Source: Camelus ferus
Taxonomy: Eukaryota
DNA length: 64,000 nucleotides
Assembly (NCBI RefSeq): GCF_009834535.1
Contig: NC_045698.1
Coordinates: forward strand, 1,862,001 to 1,926,000
Direction: 5' to 3'
In this document: positions 50,480-60,810 of the stretch, one piece after another
Position numbering within the stretch: position 1 is the first letter of the stretch
How the letters are laid out: each line of letters opens with the position of its first letter
The notes under the pieces: model-generated
What the model was told of the DNA's origin: nothing
Database searches by the model: none
Seen by the model: only the letters and a program-made list of their open reading frames with translations
Translations under genes and position numbers: made by a program

Positions 50480-51220
50480 ATTTTATTTTACTTTTTTCTG
50501 GGCCAATTTTTTTTTAAATTGAAGTATAGTTGATGCATGATGTTATATAAGTTGCAAGCATACAACATACTCACAACTTTTAAAGTATTTACCCCATTTA
50601 CAATTATTATGAACCACTGGCTACCTCCCCTGTGCTGTACAGTGTATCCCTGTGGGTTATTATTTCACACATGGTAGTTTGTACCTCTTATTCCTCTACC
50701 CCTGTGCTTCCCCTCCCCCTTTTCCTCTCCCCACTGGTTACCACTAGTTTGTTCTCTATATCTGTGGGTCTGTTTCTTTTTGGTATATCCACTAGTTTGT
50801 TTTATTTTTTAGATTCCGATATAAATTATATCATATAGCATTTGTCTTTTTCTGGCTTATTTCACTAGCATTATATCCTCCAAGTCCATCCATGTTGTCA
50901 CAAATGGCAAAATTTCGTTCCTTTTTTTGGCTTAGTAGTATTCCATTTTATACATATATCTCATGTCTTCTTTGTCTATTCATATGTTGATGGACACTTA
51001 GATTGTTTTCATATCTTGCCAATTGTAAATAATGCTGCTATGACTATTAGGGTGCATGTATCTTTTTGAATTAGTGTATTTTTTTTTTCAGATATACACC
51101 CAGGATTGGAAGATCATATGGTAGTCCTAGGTTTAGTTTTTTGAGAAACTTCTGCACTGTTCTCCACAGTGGCTACTCTGACTTACATTCCCACTAACAA
51201 TACAAGGGCTCCCCTTTCTC
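50480..51220 (-). mobile_element. 5'-truncated L1 (L1MA9-like 3' end) with perfect 14-bp TSD
   Basis: attgaagtatagttga...ggcttatttcactagcatt...tccatccatgttgtcacaaatggc...gatggacactta...acattcccactaaca. TSD cattctagtaattt at 50466-50479 and 51221-51234. Confidence 0.92.
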
Positions 51221-51399
51221 CATTCTAGTAATTTGTATCAGTTTCTGAGTTTTTAAATATTTTTCTCCTTTTCTGGATATAAAATATTATCCACAAATAG
51301 TGTTTCCTGCTCTCTGGCATGTAACCACATTATTTGAGGTTTCTTATTATATTATCTAGATTCTCTAAAACTATTTTCTGTACTTGTGATGCCCCCCTT

Positions 51400-52070
51400 T
51401 TTTTTGATGATATCCCCCAGACATCTCTATCTTGCAATCTCCTTAAAGCCTGTATGTGACCCATTATAAAATTTTGAACTCTATCCCCTTAAAATTTTCT
51501 TAATCCTTCCTGTCTACTTTCTTTACACCATCTCAGCCTCAGGTCATAACTTCACCCTATTAACCAAATTACTAGAATATCTTTCTCATTGTCCTCTTTG
51601 ACTCTGAAACCTAGTCTGCCTCCAGAGCTGCGTTTTTACTCCAGAATCTAATAATGATCCACCTTTTATTAAAACCTTCACTGGCCCCTCATTGTCTGCA
51701 TGCCTTTTATTAAAATGTTCACTAGTCCCTCATTGTCTGCAGAATAAAGATAAGGCTCCTTATTGTTTCTTCTCTCACTGCCTTGACAGCCTGGCATTTG
51801 TCTATTTACTGGTCATCGTACACCTGATACGTCCTTGTGGGCAGGGTCTCCTCTGGGGAGTGGTCTCCTCCCACCTGTCTGACTCTGCCTTTCAGCGTGG
51901 CTCCATTTTAAGCTCAATGGACAAGTTCTTCTGTGGTATATTACACTGGCTTCTTCCTTGCAGGTATCATGACTTCTTAACTGAAGTTAGACTTTCAGAC
52001 ACCAGAACAAAGCCTTGTTTTCATGTGTCAGTGCCCCTCTACTTCTGATCAGTGGAATGATTGAGCATGT
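51400..52070 (+). mobile_element. L2 fragment(s)
   Basis: ttaaaaccttcactggcccctcattgtctgc.gaataaa is a typical L2 3'-region motif, in a pyrimidine-rich context. Confidence 0.5.
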
Positions 52071-52475
52071 GTAGGAGGCCAATGTGTCTGACCAACCTCC
52101 AGATCATGATGCTTTTATGATGTTGTAATCCTACGCGCTGAATTACCTGTTGCAACAGAGCAGTGTTTCTACAAGGATGAAGAGACGGAAGGTGCTGAGC
52201 AACTGAAGAGTCGAGAAAATGACATATCGCAGCAAAGAATGATTGCGGACTTTATGACGAACTAGTAAATTAAATTGATCCTTTCAAACTAGAGTTTTTC
52301 TAAAGGAAATAGAAATGGAACAACTCATGGCCTCAATATAGTTAAGACCAGATATATGAACACACAGATACAAGCTTAACTGTCATCATTTAAACATGAT
52401 TCACCCGGAAGCAGTGGAACATATTACCAGCATGAAGCTTCATGAAATCAGGCTTCTAGCTCATTCCCACGCACA

Positions 52476-53099
52476 CAGGCAAACCTCGTTTTACTGTGCT
52501 GAGCTTAGTTGCCCTTCACAGATGTTGCGTTTTCCGCAAATTGAAGGTTTGAGGCAACCCTGCGTTGACAAGTCTACCAGCGCCATTTTCCTCACAGCCT
52601 TTAATCCCTTGTGTCACATTTTGGTACTTCGTGCAATATTTCACACCTTCTCACTACTGTTATTTGGGTTGTGGTGCTCCATGGTGAGTGATTATTGATG
52701 TTACTGCCGCAAGTCACTGAGGCTCAGATAACAGTTAGTGAATTTTAGCAATAAAATGTTTTTTAATTAAGGTATGGCCATTGTTTCTTTTCAGACACAA
52801 GGTTGTTGCCCGCTTATTAGACTACAGCAGAGCATGCACGTAATTTTTACAGGCAGTGGGAAGCCAAAAAATTTGTGTGACTTTATTAATTCTGTGGGTA
52901 CATATATATTTTTATTGAAGTAGAGTCAGTTTACAATGCTGTGCCAATTTCTGGTGTGCAGCACAAGGCTTCAGTTATACATGAATGTACATATATTTGT
53001 TTTCATATTCTTTTTCACTGTGAGTTACTGGCTTTATTTTTATATTCACTTTGTTCCAGGAGCCTGGAACCAGACTTGCTGTGTCTCCAGGGACACCCG
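52476..53099 (+). mobile_element. Internally deleted Tigger1 derivative (Tigger1a_Art-like), TcMar DNA transposon
   Basis: 5' caggcaaacctcgtttt...caaattgaaggtttgaggcaaccctgcgt...gtgtcacattttggt. 3' ttttagcaataaa...ttaattaaggtatg...gactacag...aaaatttgtgtgact...ctggaacc...tctccagg. No transposase region. Confidence 0.88.
52900..53028 (-). mobile_element. Very short young L1 3' end nested in Tigger1
   Basis: ttttattgaagtagagtcagtttacaatgctgtgccaatttctggtgtgcagcac...ttttcatattctttttca. Same family as 60531-60810. Confidence 0.8.
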
Positions 53100-55009
53100 T
53101 GTGCTGCGGAGAGCCTCTGCCTGGCCCAGGGTATTCAGGCAAAAGCCCTCTTCCTGTCAGCTCTTTCCTTAACAGGAGGAGGAGGGAGAAAAGCCTCGTC
53201 TGAAGCTAGTTTGCAAAGCAATTACTGTCCATCCCGTACCGTTCAATTCTCCTAGCATCCTGTCTTCTGCTTCTTCCAGCCACTCGATACCCTGTCTGTT
53301 TTCTCCATAATTTCTAAGTAAGTGTTTTAATATGGCTTTGAATGCTATTTTAAAACAGAGCTATACAATCTTGACTGCAGGTCTTTATCATCCAGTTTTT
53401 CGTATGTAAAGCCTCTGCAAGGATTCAAGCCCAGGGAACGTATTCCACAGGGACCATGGAGAGGAAAGATGCTGCAAACACGAACTTGCCCTTATTCGTG
53501 TCTTAAGAAGAACTACCAAGATTGGCCCCAGCGAGCCCTTCCTAGAGTAAAGAAAGCAATGGTGTAGGTGGTCAGTTATCTCCTACTTTGTGTTTATAGA
53601 ACCTCAAGGTCACGGGATACCACGGACCCCTGGAGAGCAGTGTTGCTTCTTCCAGTCACTGAGAATCTGGGTCTTTAATAGCCCTTAGCTTGAAATGAGT
53701 TTTCAAGCTCCCCCTCTGCCTGTTTTCCCTCCCCTTCCCTTCCTCTCCTGTTTTCTTTCTTGATGTTCCTGTATTTGGTTCCCATATACGCACAACAACG
53801 TGGTGGGCAGACTCGCAGCGTGATGGAGAATGGAGAGCTCACGTCTGGAGCACAGGGAGCCGAGCCTGGCCTCTGTTCCCAGGGGTCAGCCCAGGCTCTG
53901 CACGGAACACAGGTACAAGACCTTCTCCAGAAAGGCAGGGTCATCTTGTCCCAGTGCTGGGCAGTCCAGCACAATGGAGGATCCGCTATCTTAAATAGTG
54001 TATTTTGTCACTCTGTTGCTTAATTCCATGGCCTCAGTATTCCCAGCATCTTCCTCTGAAGGGGAAGCCAACCCCAGCTGAGACGTCCAACTGGGGCGTA
54101 CTCCACCCCCCACCATAGGTCTGGTCAGACGACGTAGTGCTCCCCGTCAATTCTAACAGCCCTTCCTTGCTGGCTGGCTGGACAGTTGGAGGCATAGCGT
54201 GTCCCCACTCATCCTGTCTTGATTTAAAGTTGAAATCTTTTGTTCATCATGGATGTTTTTTGTCTCAACTTCATTTTTTAAAGTTGCATTATGACACGAT
54301 GTATCGTACTCTGGTCTCTCCTTAAACTGCGCCCCTGTGGTTGGTGCCTAACTCCGTGCACCCCAGGCCCAGCCCGCAGCTCAACAAAAACTCCAGGGAA
54401 ACGTTAAACATGTCTGTTAAACTGTCTGACTGGTTCAAACAATTTTAAGGGAAGTTAATTTTGACTTTCTATGCTTTGCATTTATCCACAAAAAATAAAA
54501 ATATCTTTATTTTACATGAAAGAAGAAAAAAAAAGAGTTGAATAATTTTACTAGATTATTCCAAATCCAGAGCAACTAAAACAGCTTCTAAAATAAGCAA
54601 TTTCCTGAACAAGCATTTCGTCAGGGGTGGCTGGAAGACAACCGCAACAGGACTGGGGCTCTCTCAGGCCCTCAGCAGACGCTTGTCCACTCCTACAGGA
54701 GCAGGCACTCGGAAGCCAACGGTAGTGGTCCCTGACGTGGAGGCCTTCTTTCCTTCCAGAAAACAAATTGTCCGAAGAGCCCGGCCTGGACTCCCGGGAC
54801 CGGGGCGCACGTGCACTTCTCTTTGAGCAGCGAACACCCTCCTGAGAAGACAAGTGCGGTTTCAATTATAGTCTACAGACATTACAAAAAAATACATTTT
54901 AAAGCTATTTTATAGAAAAAATATTCTATCGTCTTTTGTCTGCTAAAAATATTACATGGTGGATTTTCTGTATGGAGCAGGGCCTTAGACAGCACCTAAA
55001 ACGAATCTG

Positions 55010-55040
55010 TAACTTTATAGATGAGAAAACTGGGGTTAGA
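55010..55040 (-). mobile_element. MIR core fragment (host of SINE insertion)
   Basis: ctttatagatgagaaaactggggttaga. Confidence 0.5.
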
Positions 55041-55053
55041 AAGAAAAGGGTGG

Positions 55054-55214
55054 AGGGGGGAGCACGTGCTTAGCACGCCCGAGGTCCGGGTTCAATCCCC
55101 AGTACCTCCACTTAAAAATAAGTAAGTAAATAAATAAACTGAATTACCTCCCTCCTACCAATTTTTTTTTTTAAATTTTAATATTTTATTAAAATTTTAA
55201 AAAAAAGAAAAGAA
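55054..55214 (+). mobile_element. tRNA-Ala-derived SINE, camelid vic-1 type, lacking the A-box
   Basis: gtgcttagcacgcccgaggtccgggttcaatccccagtacctcca (AGC anticodon arm and B-box), followed by (aaat)n aattacctccc and an A-rich tail. Perfect 14-bp TSD aaagaaaagggtgg at 55040-55053 and 55215-55228. Confidence 0.88.
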
Positions 55215-56011
55215 AAAGAAAAGGGTGGTTTCCTTGATTAGATTTCCTTAAATCCCGTGGAGTGATTCTAACCTATTCACGGAGAGCCTGAACATCCAGG
55301 GTTTGCCCCGTAAGCAGTGACATCAGTGATCTCAGCTAGTGGATGACCTTGGAGCCAACACGTTTTTTTCCTCTAATACTAACTTGTTCTCTTACTTGGA
55401 AAAGCACGAGGCTGGCCCCCTGCACTGACGTGCACCCCACCCCGGGAGGCGGCACCCTCTGGTCTTGTCTTTCTCCAGCTCGCGTTGGCCCACGTTCCCT
55501 CCAGTTAATCTCTGTAACATTTTGAAAACAAATGAAGATTCAGTTTTTCTTTGTTTCTTTGTTTCTTTAGCCCACTGAAGCGTTGGGCCATGCGCTGCAG
55601 TAACACGTTTATTGGAGAGCAGAGCAAATCTAGCTCATTATCGGTCATTAAAATTTGATCTCTTTCTAGCCATGTAACCTCAGAGATTAAAACCTTAATG
55701 GAGGAGCAGTAGGAAAAAAAAAAGACTTCATATGGCCGGCCACCTGGAAAACCAATGTTTCTATTAAATTTTCTTTTCCCTAATGTTCTTTCTTAGGAGT
55801 TATGTGTTGAAGGATATCTTTCAAAATTCTAATTTTGAACATCCCAGGGTTCCCTCTCCCCACCAGTGTAAGCATGTGTGTATACAATTCAATGCATGTT
55901 TTGTAGTGATACCTATTAATGCAAAATATTCTTGCTCTAAATTGTCTAAATAAAAGTGTAGAAAATGCCGCTAAAAACACACATAGCCCCATGGTATAGA
56001 GTAGCAGACAG

Positions 56012-56137
56012 CCCCCAGACTGTAAGCCCCAGGGAGGCAGAATTTGTCTTCTTCATTTAGCACTTTTTCTACAGAGCCTTGGTCCAGTCCCTGGCACGTA
56101 GGAGCCGCTCAGTGACACTTAATAATGAATGGATGAT
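56012..56137 (+). mobile_element. L2 3' terminus
   Basis: ccagactgtaagccccagggaggcag...gtccctggcacgtaggagccgctcagtgac...aatgaatggatga. Confidence 0.8.
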
Positions 56138-56267
56138 GCTGCCACAGTATCTCTGTCTTTTCATGAGACAGCTTTAGTTTTTAGAAGCTTAACAATGAGC
56201 ATAGATGGATAATATAATGTCTTTTGATGTATTGTAGTCCTTGGGCTTTAAAAGGCAGACGCCTTTT

Positions 56268-57508
56268 TTTAACTTGAAATATATTGATTTATAGTGTTGT
56301 GTTGATTTCTGGTGTACAGCATAATGATTCAGTTTCTCATATATATGTATATATATATTTTCATATTCATTTTTTATTATAGGCCATTACAAGGTATTGG
56401 ATATAGTTCCTTGTGCTACACAGTAGAACATTGTTGTTTGTCTGTTTTATATATAGTAGTTTATATCTGTAAATCCAAAACTTCTAATTTATCCTCTCCA
56501 CCATTTACCTCCACCCTGTAACCGTAAGTTTGTTCTCTATGTCTGTGAATTTGTTTCTGTTTTGTAAATACGTTCCTTTGTGTCCTCTTTTTCTTTTCTT
56601 TTGATTTCACATATGAGTGATATCGTATGATATTTTTCTTTCTCTTTCTGGCTTATTTCACTTAGAATGACAATCTACAGGTCCATCGATGTTGCAGCAA
56701 ATGGCATTATTTTATTCTTTTTTATGGCTGAGTAGTATTCCATTGTATAAATACACCACATCTTCTTTATCCAGTCATCTGTCGATGGACAGTTAGGTTG
56801 CTTCCATGTCTTGGCTACTGTAAGTAGTGCTGCTGTGAACACCGAGGTGCAGATGTCTTTCTGATATTCCCTCCAGATACATGCCCAGGAGTGGGATTGC
56901 TGGATTGTATGGTAAGTCTAATTTTAGTTTTTTAAGGAATCTCCATATGGTTTTTCATAGTGGCTGCACCAAACTACATTCCCACCAACAGTGTAGGAGG
57001 GTTTCCTTTTCACCACACTCTCTCCATCATTTATTGTTTGTGGACTTTTTCATGATGGCCATTCTGACTGGTGTGAGGTAATACCTCATTGTAGTTTTGA
57101 TTTGCATTTTCATTATATTTAGTGATATTGAGCATTTTTTCATGGACCTATTGGCCATTTGTATGTCTTCATTGGAGAAGTGTTTGTTTAAGTCTTCTGC
57201 TATTTTTGGATTGGGTTGTTTGTGTCTTTGTTATTGAGTTGTATGAGCCATTTGTATATTCTAGAAATTAAGTCCTTGTCAATTGCATCTTTTGCAAATA
57301 TATTCTCCCATTCTGTATGTTGTCTTTTCATTTTATTTATGGTTTCCTTTGCTGTGTGAAAATTTATAAGATTAATTAGGTCTCATTTGTTGATTTTTGC
57401 TTTTGTTTCTATTGCCTGGGTAGACTGCCCTAGGAGACATTGCTGAGATGTATGTGAGATAATGTTTTGCCTATGTTTTCTTCTAGGAGATTTATTGTGT
57501 CTTGTCTT
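56268..57508 (-). mobile_element. 5'-truncated L1 (1.2 kb; ORF2 C-terminus and 3' UTR) with TSD
   Basis: Classic antisense L1 (tttatggctgagtagtattccattgt, cccaggagtgggattgctgg, gccattctgactggtgtgagg). TSD aggcagacgcctttt (56253-56267) / aggcagacttctttt (57509-57523). Confidence 0.93.
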
Positions 57509-59829
57509 AGGCAGACTTCTTTTAACCTGCATTAGCTAGATTGATGTCAATAAAGAACAATAAAAATATAATTAATATAAAATCCTTTTGAAAGGGACTC
57601 AATCAAGCATTTTTTCATACACTGATTTTTGTCATTTTCTGTGATTTATAACTGTAAAACTATCCAAATATGATAGATGTGAATAATGTGTTTTTTACTT
57701 ATCTGTCTGAAAGAGTATTTTAAGGATGTTGGAAGTAGAGTTGGAACTACAGATTGGAAGAAAATAATGTGAAGTGGTGTTTCCACTGTCACCGGTCCAA
57801 CTAGAAAGTGGCTGGGCTTGGGGGACCTGCCCTTATAAGCCAGTACTACAGCGAGTCATCCCATGTCCAGCGCCAGCCACCCCAAGGTCCCTGAGCCATG
57901 CAAACATGCCTCTCCATGCATTCAGATTTAAGGGGGTGTCAACGTTCTCAGTATTGGGTAATTCATATTCAGTGCAACATTTAAAATAAAAAAACAAAAT
58001 CACTACCAAAAAGTCCATGATGAATTAAATATCACAGCTTTAAATAAAAGATAAAAAGATGTTAACGTCTCTGACTGTAAAGAATTAGGAGAATTGATGA
58101 GAAACACTAGATAATTTGACCAAAGTCAGAGTGAAGGGTGGAGTATGTCCCAAGTCAGACCTCTCCTCTGCATTTCACTTTCTAACTCTCTCAAAGCCCC
58201 ACCTGGTAGAATAGGTTCCTCTTCTGATCACAGTTTTCCCATCTAGTATCTCTCATCTCAGGCATGAGTTTATTTAAAAACAATGCACCTAATATTTTTA
58301 AATCATATAATTTTTTAAAAAAGCAACCATTTGTGGGGACAAATTTTCTAAGTGTTTAAATACATTAGTTTTTTTAAGAACGTGGTCTGCATAATACTTA
58401 CTTATGCTAGAGAATGAAGCCATCGATTTCAGCCCCACAGAATAACTGCCATTAACACAAGCCATCATTACGAGCCTTTTAATTAGCCGGGAGTCTAATT
58501 AGGCAGCGCCATGTACAATAGTTACATATGGCAAAGTCTGTGAAACCCTAGCCTGCCAGGCATTGCTGCTAACCCTGAACGTAAGTGTTACGGTGGCACA
58601 GCATTTCTCCCAGCATGTGACAAGCACATGTGATGGTCATCGCAGTGCTTGGGGGGGACTTGCTCTCTGGTCCTGTGAGGGGATGAGCTGGGTCAGCCAG
58701 ATGCCACGTGCTGTGTGCTTGACACAGTGACTCAGGCACAGGACGACACCCAAGGGAGGGGAATTTGTGTGTCTGTTGCTAAGATTCTGTGCACCTGCGA
58801 ATTTTATATACTTGGCTTCCTACACATATGTCAGGTAAAATAAAGCCTCACTAAAATGCTCACGTGTGTGCCCAGCACATTTCCAGATTCTTCTGGAACC
58901 TTCTGCACAGTCTCTGTGGGTCTTTGGCAGCTTCATGGCCGGCAGCCAGGGCGGTCCTTGTCCCCCGAACTTCCGGGACAGTTCCTGGTGTCCTCCGAAG
59001 GATCAGGGCTGCTGTCTGCAGGGGACTCCGCTGCAAGGGTCGGGTCATCCTTGGTGGGAAACCACAGGACCCTGCCGGATTTACCCCTCCGGCCCCTGGG
59101 AGCCTGCACTTGATGGACAAAGTTGGGGGCCTTGCCTGCAAGGCTCCCCTCCAGCTATTTCAGGCCAGTACTGAGAGCATGAAGCAAATTGCAACCCTAG
59201 GGGAAGCTGCGAAGAGAAAGATGCAACATCAATCCTCCCTATGACTTAGGTCTTAAAAAGAAAAAAAAAGACTTGATGAAATCATCCGCGTCTACAGAAA
59301 CTCCTTTCTTTAAGTCCGCAGACTGGTAATTGAACTTGCAAATGAATGCGGTCCCAGGCATCAGATAAGCCACCAGCCTCTTAAGTCAGCAGAGCCCGGC
59401 AAGCTTCAAGCACCATTTGACTGACGGCGGCCACTCGTGCCCCACGTCCCGCACGCACGCTCTCTGCCCCTTGGGGGCCCCACCCCCCCACTGTCCACAG
59501 CAGTGCGGTGATGCAGGGGCAGCGTGCACAGGGGAAGGCACGGGCCCCAGGGAGCACGCAGATCCTGTTGGGGCTTTCCTGTCCCCAAACTCCAGAGAAG
59601 CCTCCCCGCTGGCTCTGAGTCTGCGTGCCCCATTGAGAACGCTCAGGGATGCCCTGAAAGGGCCCGTCAGTGCCTGTTCCCCGAGCAGCCGGCCGCGCAC
59701 TGGGCCTGAGGGAGAGGCGGCGTCTGTTCTTGGAGGACGCTGCTTACCTGCGCCCCTCCCTGTGCCCGGCCCAGCGCTTCTCCTCGCAGGAGCAGCCGGG
59801 CTGGCCTGTGAGCGAGGGAGGGGCCAGGG

Positions 59830-60215
59830 GGGTCTCCTGGGGCTTCTGCAACCAGTCCCAACCCAGGCAGCTCAAAGCATGGCTTACTCCCTCGCAGTCT
59901 GGAAGCCAGCGGCCAGATACCAAGGCGTTGACACTGCCGGGTTCCTTCCCGAGGCCCTGGAGAAGGAACTCTGCCAGCTTCTGATGGGCCTGGTGCTCCC
60001 AGACCGGCCACGGCGCTCCTCAGGTTCGGCCTGCTTCTCCCCGGGGCCGTCCTCCCTCTGTGTCTGCGTGCTCCCACATTCCTCCAGGACAGTAATCCCT
60101 GGACGTGCTGGTGACACGCAGGCGCTGTCCTGTAACGCAGGAGTCACACCCACAACAGAAGGCGACGCTTACCAGCTACGGAGTGTGGGGTGAGAGGTGC
60201 TGTCCTGTCCACGGC
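59830..60215 (-). mobile_element. MaLR LTR (MLT1C/D-like), GC-shifted
   Basis: tcctggggcttctgcaacca...ctcgcagtctggaagccagcggccagataccaaggcgttg...gaggccctggag.agga...ccagcttctgatgg follows antisense MLT1. Confidence 0.7.
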
Positions 60216-60530
60216 CTCCCTTGCCCAGAGTTTATCATGGCGCCCAAGAGGCTTCCTGAGGTTTGTCCTCGACGCTGCCTGAGCTCCAGGCCAGTCCTGT
60301 CCACCGCGTGTGCAGGGCGGCCACAGCCCCGCAGGGAGCCGGCAGCGGAGACCAGAGACGTCTAACACCTTAGGACATATTTGCTTCTGTTCTACATACA
60401 ATTTAAACCAAATAGACTCTTGGCTTAAATCTCATAGATCACTTGGTTGGCTTATTATTGACTCAAATGTGAGAAATACAATAAAAAATAATTCTAAGAC
60501 AAAAAAGAATCCAAAACCCTCTCTGTTCAA

Positions 60531-60810
60531 TTTCTTTCTTTTTTTTTTTTTTTTTTTTGAAGTCTAGTCAGTTACAATGTGTCAATCTCTGGTGCACAGC
60601 ATCCTGTTTCAGTCATACATGTGCATATATATTCGTTTTCATATCCTTTTTCATCACAGGTTACTGCAAGACATTGAATATAGCTCCTTGTCTATACTGA
60701 AGAAATGTGGGTTTTGTCTATTTTATGTATGTAGTTAGTATCTGCATGTCTCGAACTCCCAAGTTAGCCCTTCCCACTCTCTTTCCCCTGGTAACCATAA
60801 GTTTGTTTAC
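60531..60810 (-). mobile_element. Young L1 3' UTR fragment with long poly(T)
   Basis: About 20 T, then gaagtctagtcagttacaatgtgtcaatctctggtgcacagc...cctggtaaccataagtttgttt. Confidence 0.9.

Larger units (their letters stand above)
48450..51375 (-). mobile_element. Old L1 (L1ME-like) antisense fragments, interrupted by an MLT1-like piece (~49760-50080) and a younger L1
   Basis: ttgcatttctctgatggtgaggttgagc...gttgaccatttgg, cagcaccatttgttaa and tgattttgtatattta.cttatatctagcca are antisense L1 ORF2/3' motifs. Confidence 0.7.

Noticed and set aside
52105..52200. C/D-box snoRNA-like arrangement (atgatg...ctga...atgaaga...ctga)
   Set aside because: The C box is imperfect, there is no terminal stem, and I recognise no rRNA/snRNA-complementary guide.
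52396..52698. 100-aa ORF at Tigger1 as a possible transposase
   Set aside because: It covers the non-coding 5' end of an internally deleted Tigger1; no HTH or DDE motifs.
55054..55110. tRNA-Ala(AGC)-like sequence
   Set aside because: Lacks the D-arm/A-box and acceptor stem pairing, and has an A-rich tail and TSD, so it is a SINE rather than a tRNA gene.
59417..60193. 258-aa ORF
   Set aside because: The second half lies in an antisense MLT1 LTR; non-ATG start; no known motif.
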